From Pirellulales bacterium (GTDB lineage Bacteria > Planctomycetota > Planctomycetia > Pirellulales > DATAWG01), in contig CAVTYW010000006.1 of the NCBI GenBank assembly GCA_963738955.1, positions 120,642-184,641 on the forward strand: a stretch of 64,000 nt of DNA, read 5' to 3'. This document shows, piece by piece, positions 46,980 through 60,500 of the stretch; position 1 is the stretch's first letter, and each line of letters starts with the position of its first letter. Made by a program: the position numbers and the translations under genes. The notes below the pieces were generated by a model. The model was not told the DNA's origin, searched no databases, and saw only the letters and a program-made list of their open reading frames with translations.

Positions 46980-49900
46980 CTACGGCGATGGCGACGGCGG
47001 ATCGCTTGGCCGGGTGTTCCCGACTGGCGGAACTGCCGGCTTTGGTATCGCTGCTGCCGATGCAGCCAGAGTCGGCAATAAGCCAGCTTGTAGCCCCGCA
47101 TCGCTGCCATCGGATGCGGCGTGGCGCGGCGGGTTGTCGCCGGAACGAAGTGCGAAGTCGGCAGCGATGGATTGATTGACCGGGCGGGTTGCCGGCGGAA
47201 GCTGTTGCCAGACGACCTTGCCCAAGCTGGGCTGGCTTTCCCGTGGGCCCCAATACGCTTGCCAGTCGTGGAGCGTCGATTGCGAGGCGATTTCCGCGCC
47301 GGCGCCGTTGATTCGCCAAAACGTTGAAAATCCTTCATAGAAATTTCGCTCGCCGTTCCACACGATCCGCTTGCGGAATTCATCCGTCGCGTCGATGCCG
47401 GATTGCTCGATGAGCGCCGACGACGGGTCGCATAAGAAGATGCAATCGCTGGCGGTAATTTCCAGCGGCAGTTGCTCTCGAGCATCCGACGTGTTCGTCA
47501 GATTGCACAGGCCGCCGCGCATCAAAGCCGTCACGTGCCGCAATTTGAGTTCGGTTTTTCCTTGTGGCTTGGGATCGCTCGGGCCGCCGCTCGCCGTGAG
47601 AAATCGCTCGGTCGTGGCCAGCAGTCCGTTTTGCCAGTCGATCTGCACGGGCTGCAATTCATCGCTTCGCACCACCGTCGCCTCGCCGCGGAGAATGCAA
47701 TTCTTCAACTGCAACGATGCCGGCGGCCGCATCATGGGCGGATCGTCGGTCGTCATCAAGCCCGGCCCAGGCACGGCACGAATATCGAACATCGCGACGT
47801 AGGGATGCAGGCGCGCCGCCCGTGTCGGAAGCGTTGCGCACCGTGAGCGTGCAATCGTCGAGGCGCAGCGATTCGCCGGGCCGAATTTCAGCAAGCGACC
47901 AACTGTCGGCGACCGCGTCGCGCGGCACGTCGAATACCAGGTTTAGCCCGGCCAACGCAAGCTGGCAGCCGGCCAGCGTCATCATGGCGTGCGATTCCCG
48001 CAGCGGATCGGCCATTTGCGGTTGAAAGCTGATGACCGGAGAAAAGCCGGCGGCGGCGCGGATCGTCAACCTCATGCCGGCCACGTCGATCGGCCGCTCC
48101 CGCAGTGTGCCGCTTGCGCGCACTTCGATGACGTCGCCATTTCGAGCGGCGCGGCAGGCGTCGGCCAGCGTGGCATATTCGCCCGACGGACGAAGCGAGT
48201 CGGAGGCCGGATCGACGACCAACACCCCTTTGCGTTCGGCGCCGGCGGTTCCGGAATCGGAGGCGCCATCGTCGATCGCCGACGAATCAATATCGGGCAT
48301 CGCCGGTTTGGAAATCGGCGAATCGGGGGCCAGCGGCCGCAGGGCCGACGGCACGCGCGGCGAATTCGCCGCCGGCACGTTGGAAGCCGAATCCAATCGG
48401 CCCGACAATAGCGAATTCAACCGACGGCGAACCATGCTTAGCAGATCGCTGATCGGGGCCGCGGCCGGCGATGCGGAGGGTGAACCCGGTGGCGGCACGG
48501 AAGACGAGTCGTCCGGAGATTTCGCGGCAGTCGATCCTTGCGCCGACGAATCGACGGTCGGAGACGCCTTATGGGCAGCAATCGCGGGGGCGACAGAGTC
48601 TCCGCTGGCGCTGTTCGCGTCATTGGTCTTTGTGGCGACGATTGAGCCGGGGTTTGACACAGCCTTGGCGGACGAATCGGTGGTTGAAGATTTGCCGCCG
48701 TTATCGTGTGATCCGACGGCGCCTGCCGACTTCGTGTCGGAAGACGCTGTTCGATTCGAGTGCGTTGCCGGCGGACCGATGTTCACGGATGTCGTGGAAT
48801 GATGAATCGGCGGTGGACCGGAACCATCGTCGCGAGGCGACCCGAACAAGGCGAATCCAACAACGACCGCCGCCAACACTGCCAACGGCACCATCCAAGG
48901 CAAATGCCGAACCCAACCCGGCGACTCGCTCGGAACCGCTGCCAATCGATGGACCGCGCTGGGCGGCGGAACCTCCAGGCCATATCGGGCAGCAACCGCA
49001 AGCAAATCGCTCACCAGATCATCGGGGAGCTGATAACGACTCTGCGGCGCTTTGGCCAACAGCTTCTTCAACACTCGCGAAAGCTCGTCGGGAATGTCGG
49101 GCCGGAGTTGTCGCGCGTCGGCCGGATCGTCGGCTTGATGTTGCAAGAGCTTTTGCAACACGGTGCCCGCTGGAAAAGGAGGTTGGCCTGTCAACGAGTA
49201 ATACAGCGTGCATCCGAGCGAATACAGGTCGCTGCGAACGTCGGCGTTCCGCGGGTCGCGAGCTTGCTCGGGCGAAATGTAGTCGAACGTTCCCAGCGTC
49301 ACTCCGCTGGCCGTCAGGTCTTGGTCGGGCTGCGCCATCTGGTGGAGTCGAGCCAAGCCCATGTCGACCAGCTTGGCTCGCCCCTCGGGAGTGATCAAAA
49401 CATTCGAGGGCTTGATATCGCGATGAACCACGTCGCGCTGACTGGCATGCGCCAGCGCATCGGCCACTTGCAGCGTGTAGCTGACGGCTTGGGCCAGCGG
49501 CAGCGGACCGTCGCGCAACACCAAGTCGCGCAGATTCACGCCTTCGATGAACTCGAAAACGATGTAATGCCAGCCGCGATCCTCGCCGACGTAATGCACG
49601 CGGCCGATGTTGTCGTGGTCGAGCCGGGCGGAGGATTGGGCTTCGTTCTTGAAGCGCCGCAGCGTCTCTTCGTCGTCGGACTGAACCTTGGAAAGAACCT
49701 TCACCGCCACGATGCGATCGAGCATCGTGTCGTGGGCCTTGAAGACGGCCCCCATTCCGCCGCCGCCGACAAACTCCAGCAAGTCGTAATGTCCGAGCCG
49801 TTGGCCGAGCAACACGCGGCCCATTTCGGCGGGCGCGAGGTTCGCAATTGCCAGCGGTGCTCCTAGCGGAAAATCCTTGGAGATCACCGTCGGCTGATCG

Positions 49901-50028
49901 TCGATCGGAATCGTTGACGGCGCCCCGCCGGAAATGACGATCGGTCCGCGCTGGCTTGAACCAATTCGCGCAGGTTCGATGGCCGACTGCGGCTGGATCC
50001 GAGTCTGACTGGATTGGTTGGAAGTCAT
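46980..50028 (-). CDS. Transmembrane Hanks-type Ser/Thr kinase with extracellular beta-helix-like domain (indel near 47815)
   Basis: GGGGMGAV, AVKVL, HRDIKPSN, DMGLA, YISPEQ and DLYSLG motifs; TM; Ser-rich linker; C-terminal domain. Confidence 0.9.
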
Positions 50029-50506
50029 CGGCCGATCACCCGATCAAGCCCGCGGACGAACGTCCTAAATGGAGAAAATGCACCCTGCGACGGTTCCGAT
50101 AGTGGCCGGGCGCTGACCCCATTCTAAACTGTGAGGGAAACGATCGTCAACAAATAAATGCCGATGGCGATTAGGTTTAGCGTAGTTCGATTGAGAGGGC
50201 CGGCAACGATGCACAATCATTGCCCCGACCCAGGCATCTCAAGTCACTCAGCTTCACGACGGACTAATCGTTATTAGCTGGACACTTTGGTTAATGGGAA
50301 AAGTCGCGTTGCACAGAAACTAGGCAGACCGGTCGTTGCCCGATCTTGGGCGGGCCTGCTGAAATGTTGGGCGTCGATCCGCAGTCGTCGTAAGTGACAG
50401 CAGTGCAATGATATCGGTGCATCGCTTGACTGCATTACAAAATGAGGGCACATCCGCGGCCGTCGTGGCCGGAGGAAAACGGAATTTCACCGAGGAGTCG
50501 ATTCGT

Positions 50507-50884
50507 ATGGAAAAGTTGCAAGCGATTCAGCAGCGGGCCGTGGAACTGTTCGAAAAGGAAACCGACTGGGCGACCTTCTTCCGGGAGGTGCTCGGAGTGA
50601 ACGGGATTGTTCACCGTACCTATCCCACCCCTGAGACGCTGGCCGAGTTCGAGAAGACGCCCGAGTATCAGGAGATCCAAGGGATGCTATCGAAGCTGCG
50701 TGAGAAGAACGCGGCGGTGCCCGTGACGGACGAGCCGACCCGCGTTATCACCGTGCGGCTCCCCAAAAGCCTGCATGAGGCTCTGCGGGCCGAAGCACAC
50801 ACTCGGCAGACCAGCATGAATCAGCTTTGCATTTCGAAGTTGTTGCAGATCATCGAACAGCAGTTCGTGCCGGCGGAAGCTTGA
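50507..50884 (+). CDS. Ribbon-helix-helix (HicB-like C-terminal) DNA-binding protein
   Basis: GAGGAG SD; RVITVRLPKSLHEAL..EA....TSMNQL RHH signature. Confidence 0.78.
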   Translation: MEKLQAIQQRAVELFEKETDWATFFREVLGVNGIVHRTYPTPETLAEFEKTPEYQEIQGMLSKLREKNAAVPVTDEPTRVITVRLPKSLHEALRAEAHTRQTSMNQLCISKLLQIIEQQFVPAEA

Positions 50885-50932
50885 CGATCGCCGGCAGTCG
50901 GATGATTGCGATTTGCGTTCAGGCCCCCCACA

Positions 50933-51061
50933 AGCCCCGGACTGTTGTCCGGGGCTATGGGTGGCTTGCGCACCGAATTTCTATAGGGAACACGCCCTCC
51001 GTGGCGTTCCGTCGTTTGCGGAACACCACGTTTGCGGAACGCCGCGGAGGGCGTTCCCTAC
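50933..51061. repeat. Hairpin plus GTAG-type REP doublet
   Basis: agccccggac-tgtt-gtccggggct at 50933-50956; REP pair at 50983-51061 with internal cgtttgcggaac duplicated. Confidence 0.75.
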
Positions 51062-51082
51062 AGGTCGATGACCACGAAAAAA

Positions 51083-51524
51083 GGATTCGGAGCGGACCTG
51101 TAAGCCGGGTTCTGTCCCCGCGGCGCGCGAGTGCCGCCAGGGGATGGCCATTTCTCTAGGACGCCGATTGCTCGGCGCCTCGAGCAGCCTACCCGGAAGT
51201 CGATAGCGGACCGGACCGACCCGCCCGCCGGCGCATGCGCCGCCGCGGCTGCTCCCTGTTTGGCCTTGCTCCCGGTGGGGTTTGCCTAGCCAGAGCCGGT
51301 CACCCGGCCTGCTGGTGAGCTCTTACCTCACCGTTTCACCCTTACCGCGCGCGGCCGAAGCCGCGCGCGGCGGTTTGCTTTCTGTTGCACTTTCCCTGGC
51401 CTTGCGGCCGGTGGGCGTTACCCACCACCGTGTCCTGCGGAGCCCGGACTTTCCTCCCGCCGTGAGTCGATCCACCGAAGTCGATCGACCGGCGGCCGGC
51501 GGCCATCCGGTCCACTCCGAATCC
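51083..51524 (-). ncRNA. rnpB: RNase P RNA (bacterial type A)
   Basis: Minus strand carries GAGGAAAGTCCGGGC and ACAGAACCCGGCTTA universal motifs; termini pair (ggattcggagtggacc / ggtccgctccgaatcc), followed by a T-run. Confidence 0.97.
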
Positions 51525-51577
51525 GTAGTCCACCGTAGCGGCGGGAGCGAGGGAATACAAGCACGATCGAGGCGAAG

Positions 51578-52641
51578 CTATGCCGATACCAAGCGCGAAG
51601 CGTTAGCGAGGGCGGCGCCGATGTTCGCGCCCTCGCTAACGCTTCGGGTTATTGTGCGCCGCGGAAACCGCCGGTTAGACCACAGCCGATGGCCATGCTT
51701 CCCTTGCCACGTGTCGCGGCGAAGCGTTTCCGCATCGACGGCGTTTCGCACGGCCGGCTTGTCCAGGCACCAGGCCGGGCCGACGAAATAGTCGGGCGGA
51801 GCGTCGCCGCTGATCCGCTCGACGACGCATCGCGGCGGCAGCAGTTCCAGAAAGTCGACCAGCGTGCGAACGTATTCGTCGCGCTCGATCAACGTCACTT
51901 CGCCCGCGGGCGACTTGCTCGGCCAGAGGCGTGTTCTTCACGGCGTACAGATTGTGAATCTTCACGGCGTCGAGCCGCAGCCGGGCCACTTCGCGGGCGG
52001 TCGCCAGCATGTCGTCGTGCGATTCGCCCGGCAGGCCGAGCATGACATGGGCACAGATCTCGAAGCCGCGACCCCGGCTCCGCTGCGATGGCATCGAGAA
52101 ACGCGTCGTGATGATGGCCGCGATTCATCCAGTCGAGCGAGCGGTCGTGGATCGTCTGCATGCCGTATTCGACCGACAGATACGTCCGCTCGGCAATCTC
52201 GCTCAAGCAAATCGAGCACGTCGTCCGGCACGCAGTCGGGCCGCGTGCCAATCGCCAGGCCGACGACTTGCGGATGTGCGATCGCCGCTTCGTAGAGCGA
52301 ACGCAAGCCGATCAACCGGGGCATAGGTATTGGTGGCCGGTTGAAAATAGGCCAGAAACCGCTCGACGTCATAGCGCCACTTGACCCGGCGGATTCCTTC
52401 GTCCAGTTGCCCGGCGATCGCTTCGCCGCGGCAGCCGGCGGCTGGGGCTGAAACTGCGATTGTCGCAAAACGTGCAGCCGCCGCGGGCCACGGTGCCATC
52501 GACGTTCGGGCAGGTGAATCCGGCATCGAGGCTGACTTTATGCACCCGGCCGCCGAACCGCGAACGAAGAAAGAAGCTATGAGCGTAATATCGCAGACCG
52601 GCCGCTCGCCAATCGGCATCCGTCTCAACGCGGCTGGACAT
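51578..52641 (-). CDS. YhcC/TIGR01212-type radical SAM protein (indels; 3' end approximate)
   Basis: [11 protein letters not shown]....[40 protein letters not shown] and ERISGD motifs. Confidence 0.88.
51596..51646. repeat. 19-bp inverted repeat (REP-like)
   Basis: cgaagcgttagcgagggcg ... cgccctcgctaacgcttcg. Confidence 0.8.
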
Positions 52642-52849
52642 AGGAGTTCGTTTGACGGCACGCAACCGCCCGTTATAGTATTAGGCAAGTGAGATGGATG
52701 CAGCGATCCGCAATCGTGGCCCGCGACCATCTTAGCGCAAGCGTTGCCCGCCAACAAGCGGGAGCGAGCTCCGTCGTCCGGCGAGTTGCGCCATATTCAT
52801 GGCGCCGCCGAATTAGCTTTCCCCAAAAACTTTCGGCCAGTATTCAATT

Positions 52850-53336
52850 ATGCTTGGAGAGTTGCAACCAATTGGAGGCGGAGACTCGATTCCCCTGATG
52901 AAACGGACGTTGCTCATCGGCCGCCGCGAAAGCTGCGATATCGTTTTGCGATTCGCCAACGTCTCGGCACACCATTGCCAACTGACGATCACCGGTGGCT
53001 ATTGGTACATCAAAGACTTGAAGAGCCGCAACGGCGTCAAGGTCAACGGCACGCGGGTCACCGACAAACGGCTCGATCCGGGCGACGAGCTTGCCGTCGC
53101 CAAACATACCTACATCATCAACTATTCGCCGATGGAATTGCGGCGCCCTCGGCCCGCCGCCGGTCGAGAACCTGCCGAACGACATCCTGTCGAAATCGCT
53201 TCTCGAGCGGGCCGGCCTGACGCAAAAGGCGCTGCCGCGCAAGGAGCGCAAACCCGTCAAGGCGCCGAGCCGAAATCGGTACGACCAACTCGGCGACGGC
53301 ATTACCCAGGTGAAAGATCCCAACCGGCCGGTTTGA
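52850..53336 (+). CDS. FHA-domain protein (indel near 53140)
   Basis: IGRRESCDI...NVSAHH...DLKSRNGVKVNG. Confidence 0.88.
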
Positions 53337-53354
53337 CGGACCGAAACAAAGCGG

Positions 53355-54490
53355 ATGGCCAAAAAGCAAAAGAAGATCCGGGCCGCGTTTCGCAAGAATC
53401 GGAATGTTCGCACGCGGCCGAGCGATCTTACTCGTCGCTTCGATGCCGACGACGACAAAACGCTCGACGCCGCCAGCCAGGAACGCGTCAGCGGGAAGGG
53501 TGAACTGACGCGAATGCGCACCGTCGTCGGCGAGGCCGGCGACACCGAAACCGGCGGACTTTCCGTTCAGCCGGCGGTCGACGAAGCGGTTTGCCACCGT
53601 GGGCGAGTTCTTTCGGTTCACGGACTGACCAGCACCGTGCAAACCGTTCAACGGCGCTTTGCATCAATGCGCTACCCGTCGTTTGCTCAAAACGCTCAGC
53701 ACCGATCAACGGCACGTCGTCGTGGCGGGCGATTGGGTTTCGTTTCGCGTTCAACCGTTCGGGCGACGGGATCATCGAGCGAGTCGAGCCACGCCGAGGA
53801 GTGTTGGCCCGCACGAGCCGCGGCCGGCAACATATCCTGGTCGCCAACGTCGACCAGATTCTCATCATCGGCAGTGCCGCCGAACCGCGTATCAAGCCAC
53901 ATCTGATCGACCGTTTTTTGATCACCGCCGAGCAAAATCGGATTCAGCCCGTGTTGTGCATCAACAAGATCGATCTGGTGGACCGGGCCGATTTGCAACC
54001 GTTGGTCGGCGTTTATAGCCGGATGGGATACCGCGTTGTGTTGGTATCCGCCGCGAGCGGATTCGGCGTGGAACGACTGCGCGGTCTGGTCAGCGGAAGG
54101 GCCAGCGTCGTCGTCGGACAAAGCGGCGTCGGAAAGTCGTCGCTGTTGAACGCGATTCAACCCCGATTGAATTTGCGCGTCGCGGCCGTCAGCGCTGAAT
54201 CGCAGAAAGGGCGCCACACGACCACCACCTCCGAGCTGATCCCGCTGACCGCGGGCAGCTACGTGATCGACACTCCAGGCATCCGGCAGTTTCAACTTTG
54301 GGACATCGTGCCGGAAGAAATCGGCGGCTGGATGCGCGATCTCCGGCCCTACGTAAGTCGCTGCAAATTCCCGAACTGCACGCACACGCACGAATCGGGC
54401 TGCGCCGTAAAAGACGCCGTGGCCGACGGCCGCCTCGACACCCGCCGCTACGAAAGCTACTGCCGACTCTTCGCCGGCGATGAGAATTAG
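53355..54490 (+). CDS. rsgA: Ribosome small subunit-dependent GTPase A (indels)
   Basis: ANVDQ, NKIDL, GQSGVGKSSL, GRHTTT, DTPG and the zinc finger CKFPNCTHTHE.GC. Confidence 0.93.
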
Positions 54491-54590
54491 AGTCCCTCAC
54501 AAAACCGCAGGGAGAAGGGGGACAATCCCCGCTTTGCTCCGCGGACTGCGCAAAATGGGGACAGAGCCCGGCGGTTTTGGGAGGGGCTCT
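54489..54590. repeat. MITE/REP-like element with imperfect terminal inverted repeats
   Basis: agagtccctcacaaaaccgc ... gcggttttgggaggggctct enclosing two ggggaca-containing motifs, between convergent stops. Confidence 0.65.
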
Positions 54591-54591
54591 C

Positions 54592-57500
54592 TTAGTAATC
54601 CAGCCAATCGAGTTCGTCGATCGTCGCAATGAGCAAGTCAACGGCGTTTTCCTCGACAAACGACGAACGGTCGCCGCCGAAGACGGCATCGACCGCTTGT
54701 GGGTAAAAAAACTTCGATTCAAGTTGCATCGTCGCGCTTTGATATTTCTGGGCCGAAGTGTCAGGGAGCGGCCATGACGACGAAAGATCGAGCGCCGCGG
54801 CCGACTTCAATCTGGAAGCATCCTCGGCCAACGCCGGGACCATCGGTGGAATGAGAATCTCCAACCGCGGCGGCACTGCGGCTTGAAAAACCAAAGGTGG
54901 TTTCCCAGGCCACGGCGGTATCTGTGGATTGCTCGATACAGCGGGCGTTAGAACGTTTGCCACCGGCGCCATCGATTGCGACTCTGCGGGCAGTGTTACT
55001 AGCGCGGCGGACGGCGCAGCGCTGATGCGGCTGATTCCACGATCGGGCTTGTCACCGGCGCGGCTGCGAGGATCGAACCCGCGAGCGCCGTGGCCGTAGG
55101 ATTGGTGGTGAGTGCTTGGCTGCCTTGCGAGGCAAGAAGCGAGGCAATGATGGCTGCGCGCTGCGCGGCAATGGCCGCGATTCGTTCGGCGAGAGTTGTT
55201 CCGCTGGTTCCGGCGCTGGTTTGCATATCGCTCGCGGCGGATGTCGCCGCCATGCTGGTGCCAGCGCCGCTGGGAGCGATTGTCAACGTCGCGCCGGCGC
55301 CGATCACGAGGCTATTTGCCTGGATTTGATTGGCCGTCAGGCTGCTGCCGGCATCAACGACGAGATCGCCTGCGCCGTCGATGCCGCCGCCAAAGTTAAG
55401 GCTGCCTGCGCCGGACAGTTCGAATGTTTGAGTGTTGGTCCAAGCGACGGACGACGAACCGACAATCGTCACATTTTGGCTTGCATCGACGCCGACAATG
55501 ATCGGGTCGGCGAGCGTCGGCAACGGGGAAAGCAGATCGATCGTCTGCGCGCCGGCGGCCAACTCGAATTGGATGATGTGCGTTAGGCCCGGCGCGCCTG
55601 CGGCGTCGAGCAATGCTTGCCGGAGTGACCCATCGCCGCTGTCCGCCGGGCTGGAAACGCGCGCCGGGACATTTTCGACGAAGCTCCCGGCGGCGTCGGT
55701 TGCGAATGCCGTGGCCGCGCTATCCGAAATCGCCGAACCAGCAGCCGTGAGCGTGAACAAATACGTGCCCGGATAGTCAGTCAGGCTCGCCAAGTTTCCC
55801 AGCGTGTAGTTTTCGCCATCGCTCGTGGTGAGTGTTTGGCTCGCGGTGAGGAGATTGCCGCCGCCGTTCAAGGTGAGCGACAGATCGTCCAGCACAAGGC
55901 CGGTGACCGGTTTGCTGAACGATAGCGTTAGTTGGTCGACCGGCGCTGTGAGTGGATTCGCCCCGGGCGAATCAACGGTTGCGGTCGGTGATAGATCGAC
56001 CAGCGTGGTCGCTTGGGCCGATGCGGGCGTAGCCTGCCGGTTGCCGCCATTATCGGTCGCCACGCTATAGAAAGCATAGGTGTGGCCATCTTCGCCGGTG
56101 AATGTGGCTGCGGTCGCGGCGGTGTGCGACTGGAACAACGCAAAGGCCCCGCCGTCGTCGGAAACATAGACATCGTATTCAACCACACCAGATCCACCAG
56201 CATTACCCTGGCCACTCCAATTGACGGCGAACGAGGCGGAGTTTTCCACCCTGGGCAAAGCGGCAACGCTGCTTGTCGGCAGGCCAGGGTTAATGGTGAT
56301 CGACATCGATCCTTGACTTCCCACAAAGCCGGTTCCGCCGCTATAGACCGCGATGATTGTATCGTTTCCGGCCGATAAACCGCTGATGGACGCTGATGTC
56401 GCTATGCCGTCGGAGACATTGACGGCCGTGCCAATCTGATCGTCCGGAGCGACTGAACCAACAAAAAAGGAAACCGTCCCGACACTCGGCCTCCCCGCGA
56501 TCATCGCCGTAAACGTCACGGCTGCGCCCTGCGGCGCCGGGCTGGAGGGCGCGGACAAAACGGCTAAATTCGTATTGAGCGTCAGCGTCGCCGCATTTGT
56601 GGTGGTCGTGCCGACGCTATTCGTGAACACTGCCCGATAGTCGTTGCCCGCCTGCGATGCGGACGCGCTATTGAAGGTCAACGTGGTCGACGTTGCGCCG
56701 TTGATATTGCCCCAAGTGCTGCCGCCGTCCGTGCTCACCTGCCATTGAATGGTCGGCGCGGCGTTGCCGGTGGCGGCGGCCGTGAAGGCCACCAGGCTGC
56801 CGATGTCAACGGTCTGGCTCAAAGGTTGCACGGTGACTGCCGGGGCCGTATCGACGATTAGCGTCGATGGCCCGCTCGGAGCGGAGCCGAGGCTATTGGT
56901 GAAGACCGCGTCGTAGACGTTTCCGTTGAGGCCGAACGTCGCGCCTGTGATGGTCAATGTGTCCGAAACCGGATTCCCGGAAGAATTGACGGTGGCGGCC
57001 CAACTGTAACCGCCGCCGCCGCCATTGGTCAAGTTCGAGAAAGTGACGCCGCCGTCCGTGCTGACATTCCACTGCACCGTCAGGTTGCCGCTGCTCCCCT
57101 TGCCTGAGGCGGCGGCGGTGATCGTGACATTGTTGCCCGCATTCACAATCGTCGGGTTCGCCGGCTGAGTCGTCGGCTTGGGGTAGGTTTGACTGCCGCT
57201 GCTGTTGGTGAGACTAAGCGTTGCCGCTGTGCTCGCGGCGATGCCGGCGCTATTGGAGAAGACCGCTTGATACAAATTGCCGTTTAAGTTGGAGGTGTTG
57301 CTGATCGACAAGGTCTCCGTCGTGACGCCGCTATAGACGCCGCCATTGGAAAGACTTGTAAACGTCTGCGCCCCCGTTCGTGCTCACCTGCCACTGCACG
57401 GATTGGGCCGAATTGCCGCTGGCAGCGGCGAAGAAACTTGTCGAACCGCCGGTCTTCACCGTCTTGCTCGCCGGCGAGATCGACACCGTCGGGAGCGACG

Positions 57501-60500
57501 GCGGTTGATCGACGGCGAATTTGTCGAACTCCAGAGCGCCGCGGGCCAGACTTTCAGACACGATCGAGCGGAAGCCGGCATAAACAGCCGAGGCGGTGCC
57601 CAAAGTGGTCAGGCCTGTAACGCTATAAGGCACCGCTGCCAGCACGGTTGTCGGAACACTGACGCCCGTCGGGCCGTAATCGAGAACCGAGAAGGTTCCC
57701 TGGAAATTGCCCGACGCGGTTTCCTCTGTGGTGAAAATGAGCTGGAGCCAGTCGCCCGTGGTAATCGTGCCAATAACGGGTGTGTTGTTGACGGAGATGC
57801 TGCTGCTCCCGTTGTTTGACTGGAACTCGACGGTCTTGTTGCCAAGAATGCGGGCGGAGATGAACGAGAAATTGGAATTGAAACCCGATGTGCTGGCCGA
57901 GATGAAACCGATCTGCAGAAGTTTGTCGCCGCTGCCAGTGCCGGCCGGCGCGGTGACGAATTCGGAAACCGTATGGATCAGCCCATCCGACAGATTGAAA
58001 GTCGTCGGGATGTAAATGGCGGTCTGATCGGCGCCGCCGCCTGTGGATGAGACCCCACCGCCAGCCGTTGCCCCCGTCTGGTCGTCAACCCCATAAGCCG
58101 AGCCCCAGATAACGTTCGTCGTGCCGGCTGGATTGCCCTGGTTGTTCAAGGCGAATTGGGATGTGAAGGTGGTTGCGGTCGCGTTGAAGTTCACAAAGGC
58201 AGTGGCTCCGATATAGAAGCCATTCGAAACGGCGGAACTCAACGAGCCGTCGGTGGCGGTCAACGTATAGTTGCCGGCGGTGGCGATCGACAGGTCGCTG
58301 AAGGTTGCGAGGCCGTTGACGACCTGAGCCGTGACCGTCGTGCCGCCGCCCGCGAATGTGCCGCCGGAGCTGAGCGACAGCGTTACGGTGGAAGCGTCGC
58401 CGGTCACGGTGGCGCCGGCGGCGTCTTCGATTGCCACGATGACGTCGGGGCTGAAGTCAGCGCCACTTGCCGCGGTAGTCGGGGGTTGTTGAGCGAATCC
58501 GAGCGATGTCGGTGCGCCGTCGTTGACATTGACATAAGCGGTCGCGCTGATCGAGCCATAGTCCACGGAGTCGGTGGGCGTAAACGTGACGGTAAGAGCC
58601 TGTTGCTGACCGGCGCTGAGAAGAGTACCGGCGGCCGGGCTATAGACGAAAATGCCCGGAACGTTGGCGGTGGCGTCCAATTGCATCGCGCTCAGCGGCG
58701 TGCTGTCGGTGATGTCGGCGGGGTTCGGCCAAGTTATTGTGGGCGCTATTTTGACCGTCAATAGCGCCGCGATTGTGGTGATCGTGCCGGCCGAGTTCGT
58801 GAAAATTGCCTCGTAGTTATAACCGTTTTGCGACGTGCTCACGTTCGTAAGGGTTAATGTCGTCGAAGTGGCGCCGCTGATCGGAGTGAAACCCGCGCCG
58901 TCGTTGGCGTTGACACACCATTGCACGCCGGGCGGCGGATAGCCGCTGGCAGCGGCCGTGAAAGTTGCCGTCGCTCCGGCGAAGACGTTTTGACTCGACG
59001 GTTGGGTCGTCACATCGGGCGCGGTCGTAATGTTCAAGGTGGCGGCGTTCGTCGTGGCGGTGCCGACGCTTTGCGAATTGACGCTAACGGTGAAAACCGC
59101 CTGGTATTCATTGTTGTTCAGCGACGAATTCACGTTCGCTCAACGTCAGGGTCGTCGAGGTTGCGCCGCTGATGTCGCTGAAGGTCTCGCCGCCGTCGGT
59201 GCTCACTTGCCATTGCACCGTCGGCGCCGGCGAGCCGCTGGCGGCGGCGGTGAACGTTGCCGTGCCTCCCGCATTCGCGACTGGTTCGTCGGTTGCGTCG
59301 TCACCGCCGGGCAGCACGACGACCGTGACCGGTCCAAAGCCGGGATCGAGGTCAGGATTGGCGTCGGTGGCCCGAAGGATGTAGCTGTCGGGCGTGGTGA
59401 TGACCAGATTGTTGAAGGTGGCAATGCCGTCGACGGCGTTTGCCGTAACCGAGCTTTGGCCGTTGGAGAAAGTGCCGTGAGTGAGCGTGAGCGTGACCGC
59501 CGACGAGTCGCCGACGACAATGTTGCCCTAGCTGTCTTCGACCGCGACCACGAAGGGGCTCATCGCGAGCGCCGGCGACGCCGATGCTGGGCTGCGACCA
59601 GATAGGCCATTTTGGCGGGGGCTAGATCGACGCGCAAAATTGTCGAAGTCCAGTGGAGTGGTGAATTCGCCGCCGGTCGCGGTGCGGAACCCGGCGTACA
59701 TGCCCATCCCCGTGCCGATCGTCGTCAAGCCGGAGACGGTGGTTGTCACGGGCGCGATCGACCACGATCGGAGCCGCCGTGCCCGACGGGCCGTAATCGA
59801 GAAGCGACATCGTCAGCGTGAAGCTCCCCGAGGCGGTTTCTTGCGCGGTGAAGACGAGTTGCAGCCAGTCGCCCGTGCGTGACGCCGGTCGGCAGAATCG
59901 CGGCGCCGACCGTCGTGGCGGTGGCGGTGCCGTTGTCGTATTGGAAATTGATCGAGTCGTTTCCGTAAATGCGGGCGGAGATAAACGAGAAGCCGCCGTT
60001 CAATCCGGCCGTGGACGACGTAAGGAATCCGAGTTGGTTGCGGTCATTGGTGTTGAGCCCACCGGCTGCGGTAAGGAAGATCGATATCGTATGGGGGTTG
60101 CCGTCGGACAAGCTGAAAGTCGTGGGCGTGTAGACCGCGGTTTCATCGGTGCTCGCGGCGGAGACTTTGACGCCGCCGCCGGCCGTGCCGCCTGACTGAT
60201 CGTCGATGCCGGCCGTGGCATTCCAATTCAAGCTCGTGCCCCCAGCCACGCCGGTCTGATTGACGGCGAACTGGGCGGTGAAATCGGTCGACTCGGTGTT
60301 GAAGTTGACGAAAGCGGTCGCGCCAATCGTGAACGTGTTCGAAAGTGCCGAAGACAGGCTGCCGTCGGTGGCGGTGAGCGTATACAAGCCGTTATTCGCG
60401 ATCGCCAAGTTGTCTGAATGTCGCCACGCCGTTCACGGCCTGGGCGGTGACCGTCGTGCCGCCGCCGACGAATGTGCCGGAACTGAGCGTCAGCGTGACG

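Noticed and set aside
51282..51791. ORFs overlapping rnpB
   Set aside because: The region is explained by RNase P RNA.
57510..60330. Duplicated domain as a DGR template/variable repeat pair
   Set aside because: Both copies are coding and differ at all base types; no reverse transcriptase in the window.
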